64,000 nucleotides of DNA from an uncultured virus (IMG/VR IMGVR_UViG_3300029288_005821) (taxonomy: Duplodnaviria > Heunggongvirae > Uroviricota > Caudoviricetes). Under the pieces are notes generated by a model that saw only the letters and a list, made by a program, of their open reading frames with translations, ran no database searches and was not told the origin of the DNA. Position 1 is the stretch's first letter. The number at the start of each line of letters is the position of its first letter. Of the stretch, positions 28,124 to 38,118 are shown piece after piece. A program made the translations under genes and the position numbers. Where the stretch lies: the IMG/VR virus record IMGVR_UViG_3300029288_005821. One strand, 5' to 3'.

Positions 28124-30952
28124 TTAACTACAGCCGGTACTAACTCCACAGGTACCACATAAATAACAAGTACCAACTCTACGAGTGATGGCACCGCAAT
28201 TCATACAAGGCGGTGCATCACTACTCATTGCCGGTGAAGCAGAATCCATAACTGACGGAATCGATGAAGGAGGAGGAAGAGATTCGATTGAGACAGCACG
28301 CGTCTTAATCTTATCAGCCATCCCAGAGTTCTCCCCGCCAAAATAACGGATATCCAAGAACTTAAATATGTAATCATATATACTATCAGCAAATCGAATC
28401 TCAGGATTATCCGTCATCCCGGCAGGTTCAAAACGCTGATGAATGAAACTCTTGATCATAACTGGAAGTGGAGTACCATGTTGAAGAGCTATGCTCATCA
28501 TCATAGTAAAACCATCAAGAAGACCACCAAGAGTTGATCCATTCTTACCAAGACGTACAAAAACTTCTCCCGGTGTTCCATCGTCATATTCATTTACCAT
28601 CAAGTATGCTTTATGGCCACCGATGTTAAACTTGTGCCTGAAGCCCTTAACATCTCTCGGGAGACGACGACGCTTTAGAATAGGGACCTCAATGGGAACT
28701 TCACGAATAACTTCACGAATCCCAGTCTTTGCTTCTTCATCATCTCTACTCTTCGTCTTCAATGGCTGAGATTTTTTACAACCATCTCGGTAAAGAGCGA
28801 TGCATTTCAGACCGAGTTTCCAACCTTCGTAATAGAGATCCGCAATGTCTTCAACAGTTGCATTACTCTTAAGGTTAACCGTCTTGCTTTGAGCACAAGT
28901 AATGAGTGGTTGTATGGCAGCCATCATCTTCAAATGACCGATGGGTGTAACACAACGCCCAGAGAGCATAGAAGGCATGGCACATTCGAAAACTGGAAGA
29001 TGCTCAGCCTTCAAAAATGGAGCACCTTCAATATCATCATTTTCAGTTAGAAAATTCGAAATTCCAGAAACTTCGTCTTCTGAGTATCCGAGATTATGAA
29101 GCGCCGTCTTAACCGCTCCACTAACTAATTTCATAGATCCGCCACCAACAAGTGACTTGTATGAAACTAATGAGAAAGCCGGTTCAATTCCGGTGGTATC
29201 CATACCCATAAGGAATGAGATGGTCCCAAGAGGAGCTTGAAGTGTTGCTTGAGAGATCGAGTATCCGTGTTTCTCACCAAGCTTTATGACTTCGTCCCAA
29301 GCTTTTTCAGATGTACTAAGAACATCATCACCAAGTGGATCTTTAACGACACCCCAACGTTTCAGAACATTCTTATTCGCTTCTCGGTGCATTTTCATGA
29401 CACCAAGCATCGGTTCTTTGTTCTTTTCGAATTCTGCGAATGGAGAAGTTCTGGCTGCTAGTTTAGCAGCTACGGTATAAGCATTAGCAGTCATAAGACT
29501 AGCTAATCGCGCTGCAACTACGCGACCTTCATCAGAATCATAAGCAAGGCCAAGATTCATGAGAAGCGCGCCAAGATTTCCATAATTCAAACCGATAGGA
29601 CGAAGAGCTAGTGAATTCTTCGTAATAGCGGGAGTAGGATACTCAGCTTTGGCAATGATAGCATTTTGCGCAGTAACGAAAATTCGAATAGCATGCTCAA
29701 AACGCTTCACATTGAGAGTACGACCATCAAAAAATCTCGTTAAGTTCAAAGCACAAAGGTTGCAGGCGGTGTTGTCTATATGAAGAAATTCTGCGCAAGG
29801 ATTACTTGAACGAATTCTTCCGGAATTCGGAGTTGTGTGCCATTTGTTGATCGTGTCCGAGTATTGGACGCCGGGATCACCACAGAACCATGCAGCTTTA
29901 GCGATTTCAAGCCAAACGTCTTTAGCTTTATAGGTTCCAACAATTGAACCAGTAATTCGTGCTTTAGTCTCCCAAGAACGATCATCAGTGACAGCTCTCA
30001 TGAATTCGTCTGAGATACTAACTGAATGATTAGCGTTCTGGAATGAAACCCATTTATAAGCAGAGTTCGGATCATCATAGCTTGCGCTATAACCAATATC
30101 AATCAAATCATGAGCGCGTTTCTCTTCAACGGCTTTACATGTAATGAAACCAGGGCGGCCGTCTTTCGTTTTAATAATATCAGGATGATCAATATCAATT
30201 ACTACGATCTTCGCAGCGTTACGAGTACTGCCACCGCTCTTCATCACTTTGGCGCCCTTATCGCATTCCTCCATGAATCCGAGAGGGCCGCAAACATAGG
30301 CTCCCGACGAGAGTTTCTCGTAGGAAGATCTGAGTGACGAAAAATTCGCACCAGAACCAGAACCACCAGCAAAAATGATTTTCTCTGATTTTTGAAATTC
30401 AGAAATAGATTCTAAAGAATCACCGACACCAGAGATGAAGCAAGCAGACGCAGCTTGTCGACGACCAGGAACGCCCAGATTAAACCAAACAGGAGAATTG
30501 AAAGCACCGAGCTGGTGAAGAAGAGCATAGATGAGCTCTTGTTCATAAATATCAGCGTCTTTTTGTGATTCAAAATAACCCTGATCAAAAGCCCACTTCG
30601 TTAATGTTGAAGCAACTCTCGAAAAAACTTGTCTAACAGAATTTTCACGAACATTATCGATCATTCGGAAATATTTGTCAGCGACAATATTTATCGTAGT
30701 TTCAGTCCACCATGCAGGAACTTCGATTCCTTTACATTCGAACACAATGGTTCCATCCGGCCGAGCAATGACAGCATCAACTATTTTCCATTCAATATCA
30801 TCGAATGGATGAACGCCGTCTTTCGTGAAAACTCGAGACCAACGTCCAATCTCACGACCCTCTTTGGCCATGCCAGCAACACTTTCAAGAGTCTTGACTC
30901 CAGGGGAAATTTCAACGGGTGATAGAGGGTCAGCTACGGCCGCGCTTGTCAT
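28124..30952 (-). CDS. nrdJ: Class II (adenosylcobalamin-dependent) ribonucleotide reductase
   Basis: FNSPVWFN, SACFI, NPCAE, ACNL, APLGTIS, SKTVN, YRDG; C-terminal extension with Zn ribbon. Confidence 0.93.
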   Translation of the reverse strand: MTSAAVADPLSPVEISPGVKTLESVAGMAKEGREIGRWSRVFTKDGVHPFDDIEWKIVDAVIARPDGTIVFECKGIEVPAWWTETTINIVADKYFRMIDNVRENSVRQVFSRVASTLTKWAFDQGYFESQKDADIYEQELIYALLHQLGAFNSPVWFNLGVPGRRQAASACFISGVGDSLESISEFQKSEKIIFAGGSGSGANFSSLRSSYEKLSSGAYVCGPLGFMEECDKGAKVMKSGGSTRNAAKIVVIDIDHPDIIKTKDGRPGFITCKAVEEKRAHDLIDIGYSASYDDPNSAYKWVSFQNANHSVSISDEFMRAVTDDRSWETKARITGSIVGTYKAKDVWLEIAKAAWFCGDPGVQYSDTINKWHTTPNSGRIRSSNPCAEFLHIDNTACNLCALNLTRFFDGRTLNVKRFEHAIRIFVTAQNAIIAKAEYPTPAITKNSLALRPIGLNYGNLGALLMNLGLAYDSDEGRVVAARLASLMTANAYTVAAKLAARTSPFAEFEKNKEPMLGVMKMHREANKNVLKRWGVVKDPLGDDVLSTSEKAWDEVIKLGEKHGYSISQATLQAPLGTISFLMGMDTTGIEPAFSLVSYKSLVGGGSMKLVSGAVKTALHNLGYSEDEVSGISNFLTENDDIEGAPFLKAEHLPVFECAMPSMLSGRCVTPIGHLKMMAAIQPLITCAQSKTVNLKSNATVEDIADLYYEGWKLGLKCIALYRDGCKKSQPLKTKSRDDEEAKTGIREVIREVPIEVPILKRRRLPRDVKGFRHKFNIGGHKAYLMVNEYDDGTPGEVFVRLGKNGSTLGGLLDGFTMMMSIALQHGTPLPVMIKSFIHQRFEPAGMTDNPEIRFADSIYDYIFKFLDIRYFGGENSGMADKIKTRAVSIESLPPPSSIPSVMDSASPAMSSDAPPCMNCGAITRRVGTCYLCGTCGVSTGCS

Positions 30953-31844
30953 TCAATGCCTCCTCAGATAGACGAACAATCTCAGCTTCTAACATCAATC
31001 CAGCAGAAGAATTCCCGACTTTGTGTAATAAGTCTGCATTACACAAAGTATCAAGACTTTTCAGTAGAGAGTCTTGACTCCATAAACCAACCTTAGGTTC
31101 CACCATCTTTCGATAAACAAAAGGATGAACCCCGATCTTTTCTGCTATTTCTTGTCCCGATAGTCCGGATGAGCGAAGACGCTCGATTAGCAGCATCTGA
31201 ATAATATGACGCTGTAAAAAAGCGATTACCCATCCCGTTTCGTCGTTGTTTTCTTGAAGTTTGTCCAGAAAAGCAAAAGCTTTGACCGGACGTCCTTCGC
31301 AAACAGCGTCTAACACTTCTTTCGGGGTTAACTCGGCAGAAAAGCATAGAACGGCCTTAACATCTTCCGGGGTTACGACCCCGGAAGGAACTAAAACCGA
31401 TATTTTCCGTATTTCCGAAAATATCTTCCGCAGGCTTTTTCTGCTGTTCACAAAAAGTCCGACGGCTACACGCGCTAAATCGATATTGAAATTTTCGCCT
31501 TCCTTTATAATCCAACCGAGATATTCATTCTTATCATCAAATGATTTGAGCTTCGGAAAATCATATGATTTACGACAAGAAGCGTGGGAAAGTTTCTTTT
31601 TTGATACTACGATAACATCATCGTCAAATGATGAGAGAAGAGGAACATCATCAGCCCCCCATAGGATGAAAACACGAGAAAGATTATCTTTAGGAATCGT
31701 TGAAGATTCTTGAAGATAATTCGATAATTGACTAGGAAGTTTGAACTGATAAACAGTCTTGGCAAGACTAGAAGCTGCTTCTTGAAACGCTGCCCGTTCA
31801 ACAAGAAACTCTTCCTCACCGCTAATTAGAGTAAGTTTTGCCAC
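30930..31844 (-). CDS. holA: DNA polymerase III delta subunit-like
   Basis: LISGEEEFLV start, SEIRKI, GVHPFV..K, and D...K.G......LE tail. Confidence 0.78.
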   Translation of the reverse strand: MAKLTLISGEEEFLVERAAFQEAASSLAKTVYQFKLPSQLSNYLQESSTIPKDNLSRVFILWGADDVPLLSSFDDDVIVVSKKKLSHASCRKSYDFPKLKSFDDKNEYLGWIIKEGENFNIDLARVAVGLFVNSRKSLRKIFSEIRKISVLVPSGVVTPEDVKAVLCFSAELTPKEVLDAVCEGRPVKAFAFLDKLQENNDETGWVIAFLQRHIIQMLLIERLRSSGLSGQEIAEKIGVHPFVYRKMVEPKVGLWSQDSLLKSLDTLCNADLLHKVGNSSAGLMLEAEIVRLSEEALNDKRGRS

Positions 31845-31866
31845 GGGAGATTAATATACAATAAAA

Positions 31867-32649
31867 TCAGTCGCAAAAACATGCCCTATGCCAATGAATC
31901 TCCACATTGGCTGAAGGAACTTTAATTATATCAGCACAAAATTGTAAAAAACGACGACTACGAGATCTATTTAACAATTTCGATTCAATAACAGCAGATC
32001 TACACACAATAGAGATAGCATCTCTTTCTTTTGATCGACCAGATTTAATTTTCTTCACAGCTTCCGGAATGAAAATTGATTTATCGCCAGAAAGAATTTT
32101 GAGTACGCTGTGTCGTAATTCTTGAAAAGGGCCAGACATTATTGTTTGATAAAGACCTGGACGACCATCACATAAAGCTACGAGTGCTGGCTCAGTAACG
32201 AATTCAAGACAATTTGAAATTTCTTCATCAGATAAACAATTCCACCTAATAATATGAACGAATCGTGATAAGAGAGGCGGAACAAGTAAGCCACGATCTG
32301 AAACAATAAATATGACTAAACATCCGTCAGGAGTTTCTTCACAAAGTTTCAACCATGCATCTTGAGCTGGTTCGCTTAATCGATCAGCTTCATCAACTAC
32401 AATAGCTCTGAATGAACCGAGAACAGGATGTGAATCACAAAAGTCTCGAGCTTCTCTAGCTCCTTCAGGACCAGTATCAGCTACATGTAAATCTTCAGGA
32501 CCAAGAAAATCTTCCAAAAACGAACAGATGAATGTCTTTTTTCCGATATAGTCAGGTCCCTCAAGAAGAAGATTTCTCGGCGGATTCGGGGACTTCAGGA
32601 GTGTCTCTATCTCCCGCTGTGAGTTCTCGTTTCCTGAAATCTTCGGCAT
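31867..32649 (-). CDS. holB: DNA polymerase III delta-prime subunit-like
   Basis: LLEGPDYIGK, PEDLH, VDEADRLSEPAQDAWLKLCEE, PLLSR. Confidence 0.8.
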   Translation of the reverse strand: MPKISGNENSQREIETLLKSPNPPRNLLLEGPDYIGKKTFICSFLEDFLGPEDLHVADTGPEGAREARDFCDSHPVLGSFRAIVVDEADRLSEPAQDAWLKLCEETPDGCLVIFIVSDRGLLVPPLLSRFVHIIRWNCLSDEEISNCLEFVTEPALVALCDGRPGLYQTIMSGPFQELRHSVLKILSGDKSIFIPEAVKKIKSGRSKERDAISIVCRSAVIESKLLNRSRSRRFLQFCADIIKVPSANVEIHWHRACFCD

Positions 32650-32775
32650 TTGCTCTTCCTACTTCGATCAACTCTATTTTAATTTCATACAATCGAAGAC
32701 ACAAAGGGCAAGCGGCCGTATTATAGCGACCAAGAAGAACTAAACCAGACGATGGACAGTTTTGGCAAAAGAAGA

Positions 32776-32976
32776 TCAATAGTTAAATGCTCCTCCAACC
32801 GGAACAACCCAAACATGTCCACACTTAGTGCATTTAAACATTGGAGCAGAAGAGCCATCTTGTGACATCTTCTCAGCTCTCTTACCATCACACTTCTGAC
32901 CCTCTGTTCTTGGATCAGAACCACGGGTACAGCGCATAAAAACAACCGGATTGGATTTTTCTTCAATATTTGACAA
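32776..32976 (-). CDS. Small Zn-ribbon protein
   Basis: C...C and CTKCGHVW. Confidence 0.6.
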   Translation of the reverse strand: MSNIEEKSNPVVFMRCTRGSDPRTEGQKCDGKRAEKMSQDGSSAPMFKCTKCGHVWVVPVGGAFNY

Positions 32977-32986
32977 GTTTTTCTCC

Positions 32987-33331
32987 TTACGGAGAAAACT
33001 CTACTATCAACAAAGCTCGAATACGATCAAGAATAATATTTATAGGTTCAGTTGGGAATAAATCTAAGTTTACTTTAGATACAACTGATTTACAACGATC
33101 AAAATCTGATTTCAAAAGAGTCCATGATTCTCCAAGTATATTCGGATTTTGAGCTTTAACAACTTCCGGAGAATCTGCTGAACTAAAAACACTAACTGTT
33201 AATTTATTTTGTTTCAAACGATAAACAAGCATTGGATATGAAGTAGTGACATGCTCTATCGTTGCAGCACGAAAAAGACGGTTTATCTTTTCGCCAGTAA
33301 ATGAATCACTAAGACTTCCATCCAAAGCCAT
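32987..33331 (-). CDS. Hypothetical protein (start revised to MALDG)
   Basis: ATG 33331 directly follows the stop of the upstream gene. Confidence 0.55.
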   Translation of the reverse strand: MALDGSLSDSFTGEKINRLFRAATIEHVTTSYPMLVYRLKQNKLTVSVFSSADSPEVVKAQNPNILGESWTLLKSDFDRCKSVVSKVNLDLFPTEPINIILDRIRALLIVEFSP

Positions 33332-33332
33332 G

Positions 33333-34541
33333 TCATGCCCATGGGCAAAAACGGATTGAAGCAACAGAGAAAGCTGCTCTCGAGATTGAGAAAGCTTGTT
33401 GAGTTTGAGCCCCTGGAGCTTCACTCTTCTTTCGTCGACCGGCACCGGCACCAGCATCAGGTTTGATAGCGTCTACATCAACACCCTGACTCTGAAGTTT
33501 CTTCGTTAGACGACTCAAATCGTCTTGTTCTTTCGGGCCAAGTCCGTCTTTCGATTCTGCCTTCGCCTTATAGCGAGCGACCTTTCGCTCATCGATACCA
33601 CGCTGATAATCTTCTTTACCCTGTAGCTTCTCGCGTTCCTTTTTACGAACAGCAGAAGGATCTACATCAGCAAAGAATGTTTCTTTCAAGACGCCATAAT
33701 CACCAGGCGTCATATAATTCTCAATGAAGACCCAGATCTTATCTAGAAGCTTCTTACGAAGATCACCGACAAAACCTGACCAGCGTTTCTTATTCTTCTC
33801 ATACATCTCGGGATTCTTCTCTTGAAGAGCCGAGGCCTGACCCATATTTTCCTTCACATCAGAACCAAAAGTGCCGATGTCATCATCAAAAATTAACTCG
33901 AATAAACTAAGCTCTTCCGGAGTTAAAGACTTCTTTAACTCGGGGATATATTCATCGATAACGTCATAAAATTCACGAATTGCAGAATGATCATCAAGAG
34001 CCTTACCCAACGCAGTGTCATCAGGCGTCGGCATTCTGCCTTCGCCTTCACCCATCCCACCAGCATCATCACGTTTTCCGAAAGCTTGATCGATCGTTTT
34101 TTCCTGCTTCGTCTTCTTCATTTTCTGCATCGATCCGCTCATAGCGGTCGTACGCAAATTGCTATACATTGCTGAAAGAGCATCTTCCCACTTATCCCAA
34201 TCCTTGGCAAAATCCCACGGTTTGCCAGTTTTACGTTGGATTGGTTCACCACTTTCATCTCTCTGAACAACACCAGCATCATCGGTTTCATATCTTGAAC
34301 CGGTAGTGATGTAGGTCAAGAAATCCTGCACAGCATCCATCGCAGCACTTTCATTATTTTGAAGTTGCTTACGAGCAATGGCCATCAATTTATGACCAAT
34401 GGTAGCTGGACTAATATCAACACTCTGATCAGGGAACTGCTTCTTCAGAATATTAATAATGGCTTTCCCAAAACCAGTTTCGATATCCGCATATAAGCGG
34501 AACATAGCCAATATTAGTCTGGTAGATGCTGCAAGGCGCAT
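33333..34541 (-). CDS. Divergent sigma-factor-like protein
   Basis: Region-2-like AAMDAVQDFLTYI; region-4-like LKKSLTPEELSLFEL. Confidence 0.4.
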   Translation of the reverse strand: MRLAASTRLILAMFRLYADIETGFGKAIINILKKQFPDQSVDISPATIGHKLMAIARKQLQNNESAAMDAVQDFLTYITTGSRYETDDAGVVQRDESGEPIQRKTGKPWDFAKDWDKWEDALSAMYSNLRTTAMSGSMQKMKKTKQEKTIDQAFGKRDDAGGMGEGEGRMPTPDDTALGKALDDHSAIREFYDVIDEYIPELKKSLTPEELSLFELIFDDDIGTFGSDVKENMGQASALQEKNPEMYEKNKKRWSGFVGDLRKKLLDKIWVFIENYMTPGDYGVLKETFFADVDPSAVRKKEREKLQGKEDYQRGIDERKVARYKAKAESKDGLGPKEQDDLSRLTKKLQSQGVDVDAIKPDAGAGAGRRKKSEAPGAQTQQAFSISRAAFSVASIRFCPWA

Positions 34542-34589
34542 GCAACTAATTCAGACTAAAGGGCTAGTTTTAGGACCGATCTAAATCAA

Positions 34590-34838
34590 CTAATCAGACA
34601 ATTGGCCGGTTTTATCATTAGGGAAAGTCATCAGTACCGGCCCATTGCAAGTGAGACAACAATCACCGACAACTTCACTTTTGACAACGGAGTTGTTAAC
34701 GTGACCTTCAGCACATCGAAATTTAGGTCCCGGATTTTCATACCAAGAATCGGGGATCCCCATAAATATAGGTTCCCCATTTTCTTCATATTTTAAACGA
34801 AGAACGAAGATTCTTTTTCGAAGTTCTTCGAATTCCAC
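34590..34838 (-). CDS. Small Cys/His metal-binding protein
   Basis: RCAEGH...CCLTC. Confidence 0.6.
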   Translation of the reverse strand: MEFEELRKRIFVLRLKYEENGEPIFMGIPDSWYENPGPKFRCAEGHVNNSVVKSEVVGDCCLTCNGPVLMTFPNDKTGQLSD

Positions 34839-36397
34839 TATTGACGAGCCCGGGCATCACGCGATACAGCCGCAGTAATTTTTTCACGAGGATAGTCAAA
34901 ATGAGCTGCCATGTCGTCTTCAGTCATCCCATCACGAGCTAAAGAACCGAAAAGCTCATTCCTCGCTTTCACAGGATCACCGAATCGATCATCACCAAGA
35001 ACCTGATCCTCAGTGCAGCCATATCGTTCACAAACTTCATGAAGAACTCTGTCAGCATGCGCTTCACCAACTCGCGCACTCTTCAGTTTTCTTAAACCTG
35101 ACAAGTGCAGTTTATGAACTTTAGTGACAGGGATATTAACTTGCCGAGAATAATCACGAGCAGCCTGTCCTAAAATATCGAGTGCTTCAATCGCGGCGAG
35201 TTCATCAGAAGTGATAGTGGACTGTTTGAGTAAAACAGTTATATCAGTCTGATTTTCAACTTCAGTAAATTTTTCAATCGCAGCATGATCTGCAATAATT
35301 CTAGGTGATCCATCTTCAGAATCAGCGTCGAACGCTAAAGATTCCATATCCCCAAATTCTGGAGAAAGACCATTATTGCAACTCACACGCGATATATCAT
35401 CAGTACGTCCAAGAGACTTGAACTCATTACTGACTTCATTCGTTATGAGAATCGAAGCGTACTTCAAAAGACCAGCATCGATAGGCTGCGGTTGCGTCTG
35501 CGCATTCAGCACAGGTCTCATGATAGTCCTCGGCGTTCTGGCTATCATATTATAACCGCGCCAACGACGAAGAAAATTCCGCTCATGTCGTTGACCATCT
35601 TTATCGATGAAAATGCTGACGAGCTGTGAATCATTCCAACGCATCTTCTGAATATGCGGAATCAACTCTGGATCCGTCCACGATTTAAACGTGGTCATAT
35701 CAAGAGTTATCCCTTTCAACCGAAGAAGTGAAAGTCCGCGATGACATTCAGGGCATTCTTTCGGATCCATGCCAGAACGTCGTTTACGTGGACAACCTTG
35801 GTGTTCCGTGAGTTCCGCCGGCAAAAGGAATCCTTGCCGCCATAAAGCTTGAAGCTTCGTGTAATCGCCTGCCGGATATGCTAAAAGCGATAAAACTCTG
35901 TCACTGTCGATCGTGTGATTTTGGACAGAGTAGAAGAAACGACCGTGATCAAACTTAGCATAACGAAGCAGATCATCGATTCGCCAAAGCGAATGCGCCC
36001 AAGACCGTTTATTTTCCCTCCCATTCGGAAGAACTGCCGGACCTAGGCGTTTTTGAACCATTTTGCCGTTCTTGTCTGCAACAAGAATCGGTTTCCCATC
36101 GACATCGAACAGAGGAGATGCGATATATGCTAGGGAACCAGGGTTCAAACCTAGCATATATTCAGCTTCAGAACGATCAATAAGATCGTCCTTCAGATGC
36201 TTAAAGAACCACCTGGCTGTGAATTCCTTCTGAAGGAGGCGAACAAAGACTCTTTGAGCTGCGTCTGGCCCTCGCTCATTCTTACCAAAATGAAACTCTT
36301 TATTCACTCTAGCCCGAACCCACTTATACCATTGTTCAATGAACGAATTGTCCGTGGGAATTGAGACAGGCTTATACCCCTCAACAAACTCTGACAT
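34838..36397 (-). CDS. Sigma-like protein with large insertion and C-terminal DnaA domain IV-like HTH
   Basis: DAAQRVFVRLL; region-4-like segment ending GLRKLK; VCERYG....VLG..R....KAR tail; strong SD GGAGGAGG. Confidence 0.55.
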   Translation of the reverse strand: MSEFVEGYKPVSIPTDNSFIEQWYKWVRARVNKEFHFGKNERGPDAAQRVFVRLLQKEFTARWFFKHLKDDLIDRSEAEYMLGLNPGSLAYIASPLFDVDGKPILVADKNGKMVQKRLGPAVLPNGRENKRSWAHSLWRIDDLLRYAKFDHGRFFYSVQNHTIDSDRVLSLLAYPAGDYTKLQALWRQGFLLPAELTEHQGCPRKRRSGMDPKECPECHRGLSLLRLKGITLDMTTFKSWTDPELIPHIQKMRWNDSQLVSIFIDKDGQRHERNFLRRWRGYNMIARTPRTIMRPVLNAQTQPQPIDAGLLKYASILITNEVSNEFKSLGRTDDISRVSCNNGLSPEFGDMESLAFDADSEDGSPRIIADHAAIEKFTEVENQTDITVLLKQSTITSDELAAIEALDILGQAARDYSRQVNIPVTKVHKLHLSGLRKLKSARVGEAHADRVLHEVCERYGCTEDQVLGDDRFGDPVKARNELFGSLARDGMTEDDMAAHFDYPREKITAAVSRDARARQ

Positions 36398-36505
36398 TCT
36401 GTACCTCCTCCTTGCGCCAGATCACACCAGCGACTACGGAGAATGATCTCTGATCTACAACAGACCAGAGCGACAGAATTTATCACAGTTTAAAAGGCTA
36501 CACAA

Positions 36506-37402
36506 TTATCCAAAGAATGGAAAAAGCATTTCGATTTCAGACACCTCATAGACAGTAGGCTGAACAGTCGATGGGTGAAGAAGTTCGAGGACTTCCTTAT
36601 CCTTCAGAGGCGGACGACGCTTTGCAAGCCATTGTTGAGCAGAGGATACTCTCGCCTTCGAAGCATCACGACCCTTAGTACAGGATCCATCACCAGATGC
36701 ATAGAGGGCAAGTCTCTCTGTTATCGGGAGCTTCGAACAGGTATTAAAAGACATTCTAGCAATCCGAATAGCTGCCCGTACACAATTGTTTCGGTCAGAT
36801 ATTAGATCCTCACCACCCCATCCGATGGTCTTAGACTTATCGGTTATGAATTTAAGACCATCCCCAGTAACTACGACACGACGAGTGGTTTTTCCATCAG
36901 CTTCAGGTTTACCCATCCGAATCTGTGCGATGCACCAAGATTCACCGGAATCACCTCGAGCTGCCGGACCTATACCTTCGTCCACATCTTTACGGAAATA
37001 ACTCTCATGCATTGCAACTGCAGCTATGAGTGCAGCGGTCATGGCTCGACCATATTGACCGCCAAAAATTGGTTTTTCCGTCGGATCGTAAGCGACTGAA
37101 AGAATATCGTCCGCAATAGACTCATATCGAGTCTTTCCTTCTTCAGGAGTCTCTTTCGCGTCTTTGTAGTAGGTGACTCCCGCAGGAGACCACACTAACA
37201 TTCTGTCAACCATCCATTGATGAAGGGATGTTACACGAAAAGAGGGGAGGGTTGATTCATAGGATGTATCGGGGACGGATGAGGAATTTGAAACTATATC
37301 AGAAGTTGGCTCCGGAGTTGACGCATTTACACGGACTGAAATAAAGAAAACAGTCAGAAGTAAAAGGACTTGCTTGAGGCTGTTTTTCATCATATAGGAC
37401 AC
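36506..37402 (-). CDS. Secreted protein, possible lysozyme/transglycosylase-like fold
   Basis: N-terminal signal peptide; AMHESYF (candidate catalytic Glu), GD.G.SWCIAQI, LALYASG. Confidence 0.5.
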   Translation of the reverse strand: MSYMMKNSLKQVLLLLTVFFISVRVNASTPEPTSDIVSNSSSVPDTSYESTLPSFRVTSLHQWMVDRMLVWSPAGVTYYKDAKETPEEGKTRYESIADDILSVAYDPTEKPIFGGQYGRAMTAALIAAVAMHESYFRKDVDEGIGPAARGDSGESWCIAQIRMGKPEADGKTTRRVVVTGDGLKFITDKSKTIGWGGEDLISDRNNCVRAAIRIARMSFNTCSKLPITERLALYASGDGSCTKGRDASKARVSSAQQWLAKRRPPLKDKEVLELLHPSTVQPTVYEVSEIEMLFPFFG

Positions 37403-37408
37403 CTGAAT

Positions 37409-37687
37409 TCAAAGTTTACGCTCCGGAGTGAGTTCAATATACTGAGTCAACCCCAGTTTTTGATCACGGGTCGCAAACGTCAATTTAACTTTTGAGACTA
37501 AATAAGCCCCATTGACTTCTCGAACTTTCTTTGGATGTTTAGGATTTTTCAAAGAAAGTTCAAAGTTGATAACCCTCCCTTCATCGAGTAGAGGCAGTAA
37601 ACCAGCTGCATACTCGACATGGATAGGTAAATCAGTGAATATAAAATATGATCTAACCAGTTGACTCTCCTTTTCAAGGCCGTACAT
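37409..37687 (-). CDS. Hypothetical protein, 92 aa
   Basis: First gene of the leftward block. Confidence 0.55.
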   Translation of the reverse strand: MYGLEKESQLVRSYFIFTDLPIHVEYAAGLLPLLDEGRVINFELSLKNPKHPKKVREVNGAYLVSKVKLTFATRDQKLGLTQYIELTPERKL

Positions 37688-37689
37688 TT

Positions 37690-38118
37690 ACTAAACCAAC
37701 CGTATCTAATTTACAATCAAATTTACTATTCTTACATTCACTTTTAACTTATCTACTGTCTTCTTCCTTGTTTTAACTAGTTGTTTCTTTGAAACAGTAA
37801 CACTTCTTCTTCGAAGAATTGTAAAAGCATGAAATAAAACGAAAAGAAAAGAGAAGAAAAGATCTTAGAGGTGTAAAAGTCAAAAGAGTGACTAGTTTGC
37901 TCTAAGCAGTTAGATCGAATATGTCGGATTCGAAAAAACCTCTCCTCTTTTTGATCTCCAGGGTTATTCCCTCCGTCACAAGACCCGGGTTTGAAGGGTG
38001 GAAAAGCCGAATCTAACCGATCAAACCCAGTAGGAACTACGTACCATTACTAGTTCCACGGTTCACTCCATGCAGGGATCACGTTACACTGGGAACTAGT
38101 TGAATTAGAAAGATAAAA
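37690..38118. other. Largest intergenic region; divergent control region, possible origin, plus hairpins
   Basis: AT-rich; pyrimidine-rich half followed by purine-rich half; gene strand switches here; several inverted repeats. Confidence 0.4.

Noticed and set aside
36479..36487. DnaA-box-like TTTATCACA upstream of the DnaA-domain gene
   Set aside because: A single mismatched copy, expected by chance.
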